Shown here piece after piece: positions 1-11,996 of a DNA stretch of 64,000 bases; the first letter of the stretch is position 1, and each line of letters opens with the position of its first letter. The position numbers and the translations under genes are program-made. This DNA is from Octopus sinensis (lineage: Eukaryota), in contig NC_043011.1 of assembly GCF_006345805.1 (NCBI RefSeq), positions 46,884,464 to 46,948,463 on the forward strand. The letters are read 5' to 3'. Below the pieces are notes generated by a model. It did not search any database, was not told the origin of the DNA, and saw only the letters and a program-made list of their open reading frames with translations.

Positions 1-1282
1 GATTGTCTAAACTATTGGTTCAGGCTGCCGCTGCCCCACCCTGGCACCCAGGCCACATTCCTAGCACCCTCTATCCTTACCCTACTACAAACATAGACCA
101 CTTTGCTCAGTAAATTCAGAACTGTATTTCACAAATAAAACAATGTCATTAACCCATTATTGTTTTTTTTTTACATCCATTGCCCCCTTTTTTCCATCCT
201 ACAATTGCTCCACTTTTCTTGCATGTCTCCACCACTCTCAAGGGTGCAGTATTGCCCACTTTGAGAACCAGTGGTCTAAACCCTAGAAGCTGGTATGGGT
301 TGGATTGTCAGACAGGATCTAATGGGCCCCTGCTTCATGCTCCATTTGTTGTCAGCTTTGGCATGGTTTCTATAGCTAGATGCCTTTCTTCATGCCAATT
401 ACTTTACAGCTACTGTTTGTTGCTAGTTAAATGACATTTACGACCAATGGTTTGCTGTGAGTGTGTGCATGTGTGTCTGTGTGTATCTCCATGGCAGTGA
501 TTCCATGTGGTTTTGCACTTCTAGGTAAATCCAAGTAGTCAAAGTGTACCTTGATAAAAATGACAACCTGCACAAATGACTAGAAGGTGAAAACGAGGCT
601 GTCAAAATACACAGCAATGGCTTCCATCATGATCATCATCATCATCATCACTTAACGTCCATTTGTCCATGCTGGCATGGGTTGGATAGTTTTGCAGGGG
701 CTGGCTTAAGCAGAAGACTGAACAAGGCTTCCATGAACTTCCTAACACCAACCACCTTACAGAGTGGACTGAGTGCTCTTTATGTGGTGAACTGAATTCT
801 TCAAAACGTGAATTGTGAATTTCCAAAGTCTGGAAAACATTGTACAAAAATGCTTTATGGATTTTCAGAATTATTAGAACATCAAATAAAATGTCTTCCG
901 GAATCAGACCTAGATGTTTTTATGCATTTAAACTTCTGCTCAGAGATTCAATTTCAACTATGATCAAAGAAAACCACCTGACCACATGTCCACAAATTGA
1001 TTACAAAACTTGCAATCACTGAAGGAAGTTGGTGGCAACCATCATGTACTCTCACTAAGTAGTTACCACAGACCCCTATTGATGGTACAGTTACCATGTA
1101 CCTTAGTGCTTTGTTGTTCTCCTATGTACCACCAAAGCATCCTCACTTTCTGTGTTTCCTACCATGCATCTCCATGTTCTGTGAATATACCACTTCTTAT
1201 GTATCTACCATGCAGCCCACCACTTTCCATGTATCAACCACATATCCCTTATTTTCTGTGTATGTGCCAGGTACCTGTCCAG

Positions 1283-1515
1283 AAAGGTGGCGAGCTGGCA
1301 GAAACGTTAGCAAGCCAGGCGAAATGCTTAGTGGTATTTCGTTTACCGTTACATTCTGAGTTCAAATTCCGCTGAGGTCGACTTTGCCTTTCATCCTTTC
1401 GGGGTCAATATATTAAGTACCAGTTACGCACTGGGGTCGATATAACCAACTTAATCCCTTTGTCTGTCCTTGTTTGTCCCCTCTATGTTTAGCTCCTTGT
1501 GGGCAATAAAGAAAT
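1283..1515 (+). mobile_element. SINE family C (tRNA-derived head, about 235 bp)
   Basis: GAGCTGGCAGAAACGTTAGC head, CTGAGTTCAAATTCC B box, central GCCTTTCATCCTTTCGGGGTC..AAGTACCAG domain (resembles the Meta-SINE domain from memory), AAAGAAAT tail. Confidence 0.85.
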
Positions 1516-1887
1516 GAGAGATCCCATGACATGCTGGTCTGCTGCCTATGATGGAAATCCTAATTAATAGAAATTTCCACTGGTTGGAACCAGAGACAAA
1601 TTAAGATAAATAGAGGCTCTAATTATTTAAGATTTTGGTGCCCCCATATATATATATATATGTAATTCAAAATATAAGCAACAATATACCATAAAATAAT
1701 TTTTTTATTTTTCAAAAATGATACAAGACGAACAGAAAGGTGGAAAATATTCGTTTTTGTTAACACCAAATCCAAAAACAAAGTTACTTTGAAAAGCTTC
1801 CTCCTTTATATTTTAATTGCAATGTCTTTAATCAGATCCTCACTATGACACAATGAACACTTCAAAATTAGATTTCTGATCATATAA

Positions 1888-2230
1888 ACATCATCATCAT
1901 CATCATTGTTTAACATCCGCTTTCCATGCTAGCATGGGTTGGACTATTTGACTGAGGACTGGTGAACCAGATGGCTGCACCAGGCTCCAATCTTGATCTG
2001 GCAGAGTTTCTACAGCTGGATGCCCTTCATAACGCCAACCACTCCGAGAGTGTAGTGGATGTTTTTACGTGCCACCGGCACAAGGGCCAATCAGGTGGTA
2101 CTGGCAACGGCCACGTCCAAATGGTGTTTATTTTATATGTGCCACTTGCACACTGGCACAAGTGCCAGTAAGGAGATGCTGGTAACAATCACACTCGAAT
2201 GGTGCCTTTTATGTGCCACCGGCAGGAACG
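1888..2230 (-). mobile_element. Family B copy
   Basis: (CAT)n-GTTTAACATCCGCTTTCCATGCTAGCATGGG start on the plus strand. Confidence 0.8.
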
Positions 2231-2329
2231 CTATTTTAGCAAGTCTAAAGTGATTTCTTTTGTATCGTAAACCATTTACCATTTCTGTGAAGCCTTAGGC
2301 ATGTTCTTATTCAGCTTAATGGTTTATCC

Positions 2330-2455
2330 AGTGCAGGTTGGAACACACACAGATGAATAACATCAGACTCCCCAAACACCTTGTTTACTCCCAACAATAC
2401 AAGAGGTAAAGGAAATATGAAAAACTCAGACTGAGATTCAAAGATTCTGCAAAAG
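2330..2455 (+). pseudogene. RTE LINE ORF2 C-terminal remnant
   Basis: QMNNIRLPKHLVYSQQYKR*RKYEKLRLRFKDSAK resembles RTE RM...RLPKQL.Y.EL..GKR..G.PKLRFKD.LK. Confidence 0.6.
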
Positions 2456-2915
2456 GGAATAATGAAATGAAAAGGAATGGCAAATCTAAGAAAAAGGATG
2501 ACCAGAAAAAAGCTTATTAAGTCATACCAAAGCCATGAACAGTCAAAGTCATAACGACTGACTGCAGATGAACCATGTACCCCATTTTCTCTGATTTTAT
2601 AATATAAAAATCCCCATAACTCCTTCTACTACCATCGGCCATGTGGTTGAGAAGTGAGCCACTTAACTATGGCTATGTGTATAGATCCTGTCCTGCCATT
2701 TCCTTCACAGTATTAATTGCCATCACTCCACTTCAGAAAAGCATTATCATCAAACAATTATATTTCTTCTTCATATAAATTTGACATCTATTGTCTGCAA
2801 AATAATATGTAATTCAAATATAATCATTACAGCTTACTAATTAGAAAAGCAATATTTTTGTCTGTGTGCATATTCGTGCATACATGTTGCAAGTCTCTTT
2901 GTGTAAGTGTGTGTG

Positions 2916-2947
<32 letters not shown>

Positions 2948-2961
2948 ATATGTATATATAT

Positions 2962-2997
<36 letters not shown>

Positions 2998-3093
2998 TCA
3001 ATATAGGGTGGCAAAAAATTTTGTAGAATTTTTTTGCCACCAGCGGCCTAGTGGGAAAAAATTAAATAGTCATAGACCATTTTTAAGTTCAAC

Positions 3094-3520
3094 ATCACAA
3101 TCAAGGAACGGCCATAATAGGCCATTCACCCACTAGAAATAACAGCCAAAAGCTTTAACCGCAAAATAACATCAATTCCGTAAACCAGGAGAAAATTAAA
3201 AAAATTTGGGCGAGTGCGATGATTGAAAATTTTAGGTCAGATATTGCCGAGGCAGGGACGAGAATGCCTCGTGAAAAATATCTGTTCCGACTTGGCTATT
3301 TTTACTGATGAATCTAAGGGCCTATGGTAGATTGGCTGATTAATTTAATCAGGTAGTTTACCATAAACAGTAGACGAAACGGTGCATCGTATAAGAAATT
3401 ACAGGGTAAATGTTTTTTAATTTCTCCTGGTTTACGGAATTGATGTTATTTTGCGGGTTTTTAAAGCTTTTGGCTGTTATTTCTAGTGGGTGAATGGCCT
3501 ATTATGGCCGTTCCTTGATT

Positions 3521-3525
<5 letters not shown>
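3094..3525 (+). mobile_element. Penelope-like non-autonomous element with inverted terminal copy and internal HHR
   Basis: Inverted arms 3094-3207 and 3408-3525 are near-identical apart from small indels; HHR at 3300-3396; right end abuts (TA)n. Confidence 0.6.
3300..3396 (+). ncRNA. Type I hammerhead ribozyme motif, intact core
   Basis: TTTTA-CTGATGA-a-TCTA...(TATGGTA/TACCATA and CTGATTA/TAATCAG helices)...TAGA-c-GAAAC-GGTGCATC-GTA-TAAGA. Stem I TTTTA/TAAGA; near-palindromic stem III ACGGTGCATCGT; predicted cleavage after A3391. Confidence 0.78.
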
Positions 3526-3563
<38 letters not shown>

Positions 3564-3589
3564 GTATATATATATATAAATATATATGG

Positions 3590-3763
3590 AGGCACAATGG
3601 CTCAGTGGTTAGGGCAGTGGATTCGCGGTCGTAGGATCGTGGTTTCAATTCCCAGACTGGGCGTTGTGAGTGTTATGAGCGAAAACACCTAAAAGGTCCA
3701 TGAGGCTCACCAAACTTCTCTCACTCTTTCTCCTGCTGGCCTGGTCGGTCACGTGATCACGTG

Positions 3764-3765
<2 letters not shown>
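3590..3765 (+). mobile_element. Internally deleted tRNA-headed element (family D)
   Basis: TGGCTCAGTGGTTAG A box, GGTTTCAATTCCC B box; ends in the palindrome TCACGTGATCACGTGA. Confidence 0.55.
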
Positions 3766-3821
<56 letters not shown>

Positions 3822-4442
3822 TTATATATATATATATATATATACATGTGATTATATATGCGGTGTGCATATTTACTATGACCATGGTGTACTGACCATT
3901 GTATATTGATGATTGATTATGTACCCTGCAAGTAACCCTATCATGAAAGCCCTACCACTGTCTGTCTATCAACCATGACACCTCCCCAAATCATCTATGT
4001 CTCCACCACCACACTCACTAATTGCAGTGATTGTGAACAGACACTCAGAAATTATATCATAACTAACTAAACAACCATAAACACATACACATATGCACAC
4101 ACACTCACACACACATCACACACACACACACATTTAAATGTATGCAAACACACATGGCAACAGCCTATACATCAATGAAAGACTTAAACAAAATGATTAT
4201 TTTTCTAATTAGTGAAACCTAATAGTTATATAGTAATTATATTACATCTGAGCAGATATGTTATTGTGTGATGTTAATGCCTCTCCTGGGTGGGGGTGGG
4301 GGATGTGTTAATATAGAACAGCAAACAAAGCAGTGTTACCCTGAGCATAGCCATGGTTAAGTAGTTAAAAAGGTTCAAATCACTCCCAAGGAGTTCAGAG
4401 TATAAACTGTACTGTGTGACATTTTAAAGACCTCAAAGGATA

Positions 4443-4655
4443 CTCTTTTGCTCTTTTCTTCGTTTCAGTCATTTGACTGTGGCCATGCTGGAGCACCGCC
4501 TTTTAGTCGAGCAAATCAACCCCAGGACTTATTCTTGGGAAGCCTAGTACTTATTGTATCGGTCTCTTTTGCCGAACCACTAAGTTACGGGTATGTAAAC
4601 ACACCAGCATCGGTTGTCAAGTGATGTTGCAGAGGGGGGGACAAACACAGACACA

Positions 4656-4699
<44 letters not shown>

Positions 4700-4864
4700 C
4701 ATATATTCGACGGGATTCTTTTAGTTTCCGTCTACCAAATCCACTCACAAGGCTTTGGTCGGCCCGAGGCTATAGTAGAAGACACTTGCCCAAGGTGCCA
4801 CGCAGTGGGAATGAACCTGGAACCATGTGGCTGATAAGTAAGCTACTTACCACACAGCCACTGC
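4443..4864 (-). mobile_element. SINE family A (tRNA-derived head, internal TA/CA microsatellite)
   Basis: Head GTGGCTGTGTGGTAAG (A box) ... GGTTCC(G/A)GGTTCA (B box); tail CAGTCAAATGACTGAAAC..AAAAGAG. Confidence 0.85.
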
Positions 4865-5354
4865 TGATCTCAAAAACACAAATTTCACAACTTGCGAAGT
4901 AAACTCAGTAACGTCACTCAGTACACTGCCCCATGAAGGTCACTGCCAGCCCTCACTGTGCACACAACAGTGTACTGCCATCTGTTAATGTGCTACAGAA
5001 CTAGCCTGGGAACTTTTTAATATCACCTCATACCTGTAGTTCAATGGGTCGGCCTTGTCAGTGAGTCGTACAGAATCTCTCTGGAAACCACAGTAATGCC
5101 TTGATATATGAGTTAATTTGCTCCCATAGACTGCTCATTAAGTGTAAACTCATAAAGCAGAGCAATAATTTCTGATAGTAGCAATGTTATAAATTATAAT
5201 CCGTTTCCAGAAAAATATTTTACCTATGAAATTTATAATACTCATAAATAAATGGCAATAAAACAAGAGTAGAGAATAAAGAATATTTTATGCAAAATAA
5301 AAAGAACATGAAGATTATTTATAAAAAAAAAAAATTATTATTATAGTCATCAAA

Positions 5355-5930
5355 AAATCAAACCAAATCAAAATAGATGAACATCAATGGAATTTGTATC
5401 TTTGTGGTACCAGTGCCGGTGGCACATAAGAAAACCATCCGAACGTGGCCGTAGCCAGTACTGCATCGACTGGCCTCTGTGCTGTGGGCACGTAACAAAC
5501 ACCATCCGATTGTGGCCGTTCGCCAGCCTCGTCTGGCACCTGTGTCAGTAGCACATAAGAAACACCATCCAAGCGTGGCCGTTCGCCAGCCTCGTCTGGC
5601 ACCTGTGTCGGTGGCACATAAAAAACACTATCCGACTGTGGCCGTCCGCCAGCCTCGTCTGGCACCTGTGTCAGTGGCACATAAAAAACACCATCCAAGC
5701 GTGGCCATTCGCCAGCCTCGTCTGGCACCTGTGTCGGTGGCACATAAAATCACCCACTACACTCTCGGAGTGGTTGGCGTTAGGAAGGGCATCCAGCTGT
5801 AGAAACACTGCCAGATCTGACTGGCCTGGTGCAGCCTTCGGGCTCACCAGACCCCAGTTGAACCGTCCAACCCATGCTAGCATGGAAAGCGGACGTTAAA
5901 CGATGATGATGATGATGATGATGATGATGA
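5355..5930 (+). mobile_element. Family B (RTE 3' UTR) copy with internal 63-bp tandem repeat
   Basis: GGTTGGCGTTAGGAAGGGCATCCAGC core and AAACGATGATG tail; subrepeat at 5522, 5585, 5648 and 5711. Confidence 0.85.
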
Positions 5931-6102
5931 TCTTCTGAATCACTTTCACTCACATTAGACTAGCACATACCATCATTTGTAGATGCAATTCCTGATTTAC
6001 AAGCACTTATAGATGGAGCTGTAGATTTCATTAGAAAAAGCAAGCCTAGAGTTGTTTGCTTAGGAGAAGCTTTTTTTTTTTTTTGCTCTTTATAAATTTC
6101 TC

Positions 6103-6625
6103 AAGTAGCTTGCTTACCAGTCACATGGTTCCGGGTTCAGGCCTCCTACTATATAGCCTCGGGCCGACCAAAGCCTTGTGAGTGGATTTGGTAGACGGAA
6201 ACTGAAAGAAGCTCATCGTATATATGTGTGTGTCGTTATCGAGTATGGCCATTGCACGAAGCTTAACTGTTACTGGTGCAATCACAGCACCAGTAACAGT
6301 TAAGCTTCGTGCAATGGCCATACTCGATAACGAGGGGGCAGCCATAATAATATAGATATATGTATGTATGTGTGTGTATACGTTTGTGTGTCTGAAGGAG
6401 GCCCGTCATATATATGTATATGTATATGTTTGCGTTCGTCCCCCCACCAACATTGCTTGACAACCGGTGCTGGCGTGTTTACATCCCCGTAACTTAGCGG
6501 TTCGGCAAAAGAGACCGATAGAATAAGTACTAGGCTTACAAAGAATAAGTCCTGGGGTCGATCTGTTCGACTGAAGGTGGTGCTCCAGCATGGCCACAGT
6601 CAAATGACTGAAACAAGTAAAAGGG
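6103..6625 (+). mobile_element. SINE-A interrupted by the hairpin insertion
   Basis: 5' and 3' halves of the consensus flank about 6233-6350. Confidence 0.85.
6233..6333. repeat. Perfect 47-bp inverted repeat with 7-nt loop
   Basis: 6233-6279 is the exact reverse complement of 6287-6333; loop AATCACA. Confidence 0.95.
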
Positions 6626-7313
6626 TAGTAAACCGCGTAAGAATTTGTTATGGTAGTAGAAACTTTTGCACTTTGTTCAAAATTTGGATCTTGTGCTTGA
6701 AAAATTATAAAATAAACTTTTAAACCCAGAGTCTAGTAAAGGTCCTCATAAAGTGAGGTATTACTGTATTTTAAGTGTTCATGTACCTGTGGAGTGCTCA
6801 TCTACTTGCGTGTTAATTTCACAAGCAAGCTGTTCCATTGATTGAATCAACTGGAACATGCGTCATCACAACCAATATTTTGTCTGTCTTTTACATTCTG
6901 AGTTTGAGTTCTGCCAGGGTCAGCTTTGCCTATTATCCTTTCGGGGTCGATGGATTATGTACCAGTTGCATACTGGGCTCAATCTAATCAACTGGCCCCC
7001 TCCCCAAAAATTTTGGGCCTTGTTCCTAAATGAGAAAACATTCCCTATTGATATTTTGGACAGAAATATAGAAGTGCGAAAATAGGTCTTCTCTATAGCT
7101 CTATTCTGGAAAATAGCTCAGCCATCAAACCTTCAGATAATATCAGTGTCTGATGGGCTACGTCAATTAAATTGACTCCAGTTGAGTATTGGTTCTTATT
7201 TCATTTGACCCCAAAAGGATGAAAAGCAAAGTTGACCTCAGCAAAATTTGAACTCAGAATGTAAAAACAGATGAGATGCTGCTAACCATTTCACCCAGCA
7301 TGCTAATGATTCT

Positions 7314-7546
7314 TATTTCTTTATTGGCCACCAGGGGCTAAACACAGAGAGGACAAACAAGGACAGACAAACAGATTAAGTCGATTATATCGACCCCAGT
7401 GCGTAACTGGTACTTATTTAATCGACCCCGAAAGGATGAAAGGCAAAGTCGACCTCGGCGGAATTTGAACTCAGAACGTAGCGACAGATGAAATACCACT
7501 AAGCATTTCGCCCAGCGTGCTAACGTTTCTGCCAGCTTGCTGCCTT
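7314..7546 (-). mobile_element. Young SINE-C nested in an older SINE-C, 18-bp TSD
   Basis: TSD CAGCATGCTAATGATTCT at 7296-7313 and 7549-7566. Confidence 0.88.
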
Positions 7547-7724
7547 CACAGCATGCTAATGATTCTGCCAGCTCAACGCCTTAACGTCTGATTAATATTG
7601 CCAGCTGACAATTTTGTGTTTCTTCAAACATTAACCAAATACCATTTTTAATACTGGGAATATTCGTTAATTTGCTTATTTGTCAATATTAATTACAGAA
7701 ATTATATATACAAATTATACATGC

Positions 7725-7890
7725 ATTATATACAAATCCTGGAGGGAATTGTGCCAAATTTAGGCATTGAAAGCTACACCAATGCCAGAACAGGATGCCA
7801 CTGCATAGTGCCAAAGATCCCAGCAATGCCATTGCACTCCAGGACCAGTTACTGAAACAGCCTGGGTTTCAAGGGCCCACAGCTTTTTAA
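7725..7890 (+). pseudogene. CR1/L2-like LINE C-terminal remnant
   Basis: ILEGIVPNLGIESYTNARTGCHCIVPKIP..SY*NSLGFKGPQLF. Confidence 0.6.
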
Positions 7891-8159
7891 GCTGTCTTAT
7901 ACCTCCTGCTTTTGCTAATGAATTGTTATGTACAGAGGGCCAGAGAAAAACTTCCCATGCTTTACATAGGACTCTTGAAGTAAGGTGGGTGAAAATGGTG
8001 TCTCATGTTTTATTGTTTTTTGATAGTCACCATTCTGGTTTGGATCAGTGCATATCAAACATTTGCTGTCAAAATGTTTATCAAAAATTATGACCAGAAG
8101 CTGTATTGCTGCATGCTTTATCTCAGACAGCTTCACACCAAAGAACTCTACTGGTTATT

Positions 8160-8405
8160 GGGAGTAGAACAGTAAAGAAGAATGAGAATTACTGGTCATT
8201 GAGTCAGGCACCCAGAAGAACCTTTGTTAACTGGTCTTATGACAAATCAGTTGAGGGAAGAGTCAAAAAGGGAAGAAAATGTTTAACCTATGTGGACAGC
8301 TTGCTTCAGGTCAGTGGAACGGCAAATGTTGATGAATTAAGAACTTGCATGGGAGAATGTGATGGCTGGTATGCTCATGTGAAATCATTGAAACATCAAG
8401 AAGGA
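8160..8405 (+). pseudogene. RTE LINE C-terminal remnant, frameshifted
   Basis: RMRITGH*VRHPEE, then GRKCLTYVDSLL..DELRTCM...W in a second frame. Confidence 0.65.
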
Positions 8406-8621
8406 TAGCCAGATTACAGCTAGCTTCTTCAGTAGTTTGGGCATGGTATTCAATCTTAATTCAGCCAGTCATAATTCTTGAAAATAGTGAGATTAGGGGG
8501 GAGGGGGAAAAACACAATTACCAAAATATATTGATAATCCTTTCTACTATTGGCACAAGGCCTGAAATTTTTTTGAAGAGAAGCTAGTTGATAATATCAC
8601 CCCCAGCGGTATTTATTTCAT

Positions 8622-8855
8622 AAAGGCGGCGAGTTGGCAGAAATGTTAGCATGCCAGGTGAAATGCTTAGCGGTATTTTGTCTGCTGCTACGTTCTGAGT
8701 TCAAATTCCACCGAAGTCAACTTTGCCTTTCATCCTTTCGGGGTTGATTAAATAAGTACCAGTTATGCACTGGAGTCGATATAATTGACTTAAATCATTT
8801 GTCTGTCCTTGTTTGTCCTCTCTGTGTTTAGCCCCTTGTGGGTAGTAAAGAAATA
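8622..8855 (+). mobile_element. Young SINE-C nested in an older SINE-C, 14-bp TSD
   Basis: TSD GGTATTTATTTCAT at 8608-8621 and 8856-8869. Confidence 0.88.
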
Positions 8856-8944
8856 GGTATTTATTTCATTGATCCTGAAAGGATGAAAGGCAAAGTGAAC
8901 CTCAACAGAATTTGAACTCAGAATGTAGAGACGGATGAAATACC

Positions 8945-9179
8945 TATTTCTTTACTACCCACAAGAGGCTAAACACAGAGAGGACAAACAAGGACAGACA
9001 AACGGATTAAGTCGATTATATCGACCCCCAGTGCATAACTGGTACTTATTTAATCGACCCTGAAAGGATGAAAGGCAAAGTCAACCTCGGCGGAATTTGA
9101 ACTCAGAACGTTGCGGCAGACAAAATACCGCTGAGCATTTCACCCGGCGTGCTAACGGTTCTGCCAGCTCGCCGCCTTT
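8945..9179 (-). mobile_element. Second young SINE-C in the same host
   Basis: ATGAAATACC at 8935-8944 and 9193-9202. Confidence 0.85.
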
Positions 9180-10016
9180 GGTATGAAATGGTATGAAATA
9201 CCATTAAGCATTTTGTTTTTTATGCTAATGATCCTGCCAGTTGCTTTAATCAAAATAAATCAAAAATAATTTAAAATTTTGAGGCAAGGTCAAGAAGGCT
9301 GGAGGTAGGGGGTTTGTCAATTACATTGACCCCCACCAGAACTCAGCTGCTACTTATTTCATCAATCCTGAAAGGATAAAAGGCAAATGAACTTCGGCAG
9401 AATTTGAACTCAGAACATAAAGGCAGATGAAATGCTGACAAGCATTCTACTTATCATGCTAATTATTCTGCCAGATGCCTTAACCAAAACGAATGAATAA
9501 TAGAAGTAAATCCAACAGACTTTGGTTATTACTCTGAGGATCTCTGATTAACAATACACTAAGAGCTTGCCTATTTATATGATCTCTGGACAATTATTTT
9601 ATCTATCAAGATGTAATTAGTGAACAGGCTGTAATGAACAGAAGAGTGAAATGGTGAAATTACAGCATTTTTTACGTTTAAAGGTTTTTTTTTTTCTGTC
9701 CTTTTTCTCATTAAGTTTACAAAGACCAGGATAGCTTTCATACTGCATGATGGATTTAACCCTTTAACATTCACAATATTAATATTCCAAATGCCAGATC
9801 TGCATTCACTTTCCAATGGTGCCATCATTAAAATTATACGCAAAACACACATATTGTAGGAGCGTAGACTTAAACCTTTGACATTCACACACACACACAA
9901 CTGTGTGCATGTGTGTGTGTATATTTATATATATGTGTGATTCTATCTGTCTGTCTCTCTCTCTATATATATATATATACACACACACATATATGTATAT
10001 GTGTGTACATATGTAA

Positions 10017-10052
<36 letters not shown>

Positions 10053-10529
10053 ATATTTGTTTTTATAATGAGTTACAATGAAAAGCAATTTTACATTAAA
10101 CTGACTGATTACTCAATACACTTTGTAGAGTATATATTTATTATTCTTTAACAAAATAGTGCTAACAGGGACTTTGAAGTCTTGGCCTGCTTAGCCTTCA
10201 GTCTGGCATATACAGCACACTTCTTTTCTTCCTTAAAAGAATGTCTCAAAAGTTTTCTCCTGGGTTTGACCTGCAAAATTGAGCCTATATTACAAGCTTT
10301 GATGCACTAAAGAAAGATAGGTTTAAACAGTAAATGGACAGAATCTGCAGCCGTTTCAAGATGTAGCCACTTTGCAAACATGATTCTGGATTTGGGTGAT
10401 TTGCTGTGTCTGAGAAGACATGTCAAACTAAGTGAAATTGTGGTTGTGGCCAGTGCTGGTGATGTGGAAAAGGGCACCTGTGCTTGTAACACATAAAAGG
10501 CACACATACTAGTGACACGACACCCAAAC

Positions 10530-10764
10530 CTATTTCTTTACTACCCACAAGGAACTAAACACAGAAGGGACAAACAAGGACAGACAAACGGATTAAGTCA
10601 ATTATATCGATCCCTGTGCGTAACTGGTACTTATTTAATCGACCCCGAAAGGATGAAAGGCAAAGTCGACCTCAGTGGAATTTGAACTCAGAACGTAGCA
10701 GCAGATGAAATACCGCTAAGCATTTCGCCTGGTGTGCTAACGTTTCTGCCAGCTCGCCGCCTTA
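10530..10764 (-). mobile_element. SINE-C splitting a family B copy
   Basis: Full consensus. Confidence 0.85.
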
Positions 10765-11245
10765 TGGCAGCCATACCAGTGATGCATAAAGGACACCCAT
10801 GCCAGTGTCATGTAAAAGACAGCTACTATACTCTGTAAAGTGGTTGGCATTAAGAATGGCATCCAGCTGTCGAAACCAAGCCATGACAGATGACCAGAAC
10901 CTGGTGCAACTCTTTGGCTTACCAGCATCAGTCAAACTGTCAAACCTATGCCAGCATGGAAAACACATTTTAAATAATGATGATGATGATATGGTATTTG
11001 GAAAGTGTCATCCACCATAACTGCAGATTTGACTAATGCATTTGAGTGGGATTCAGTTGGTCAAGTTACTACAAAAGCCATATCTGAGTTTGTATGTGTG
11101 TGCACATGTGTATGCGAAGGATGTAATTATTAGCAAATACACAGAAACAAAAATGAGAGCTTTACAAATTCTCTTGTGATATCTGTTTTGCTATCAGCTT
11201 ACAGAAACACCTTTCTAAGCAATTGTTTTATTATTCACCAATTGT

Positions 11246-11595
11246 TATCATCATCATCATCGTTTAACGTCCGTTTTCCATGCTGGCATGGGTTGGACGG
11301 TTCAACCAGGGTCTGAGAAGCCAGGAGGCTGCACCAGACTCCAATCTGATCTGGGGCAGTGTTTCTACAGCTGGATGCACTTCTTAATGCCAACCACTCC
11401 GTGAGTGTAGTGGGTGCTTTTTACGTGCCACCGGCACAGGTGCCGGGGGTGGGGGTGCTGGCAGCGGCCATGATCGGTTGGTGCTTTTTACGTGCCACCG
11501 GCACAGGTGCCGGGGGTGGGCATGCTGGCAGCGGCCATGATCGGTTGGTGCTTTTTACGTGCAACAGGTACAGAAGCCAGTCAAGGCAGCGCTGG
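11246..11595 (-). mobile_element. Family B copy
   Basis: Same consensus, two internal subrepeats. Confidence 0.8.
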
Positions 11596-11996
11596 TAAAA
11601 CCATAACTTCTGATCCCCCCTTCAAAAGTGATTCAATTGTTTAACCTTTTATGAGCAGAAAACTTAATCTGAAGACTTAACAGAAAAAATATTTAAGCTA
11701 CTTTTGATAGGTAACTGACCACATGTGGCAATGTACAAAAATAATGACCCTTCAACCAATAGGCTGGCACTCTCTGTGTTATATTTTGAGGGTATTGTTA
11801 TTTTAAGTTTAAAAAATCAAATATGTCAAACCTGGCTTACTCAGCAGTTTCACCAAAATGTCTGGTAAAAAATAAATGTTTCACTCACCTGAAAGTAAAA
11901 GAAAATAAACAGAATATATAAACTGAAGATCAACATGGAACATAAGTATCACAGCAAATAATAAGACAAAAAAGAAATTGATTTTTAGATCCTTAA

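Noticed and set aside
820-960. GFS..L..SDLDVFMHL, loosely hAT dimerisation-like
   Set aside because: Requires frameshifts and the similarity is too weak to call.
9755-9890. Two TTAA(C/A)CCTTT.ACATTCAC motifs resembling piggyBac MITE ends
   Set aside because: They are in direct, not inverted, orientation, and the interior does not match the MITE family.
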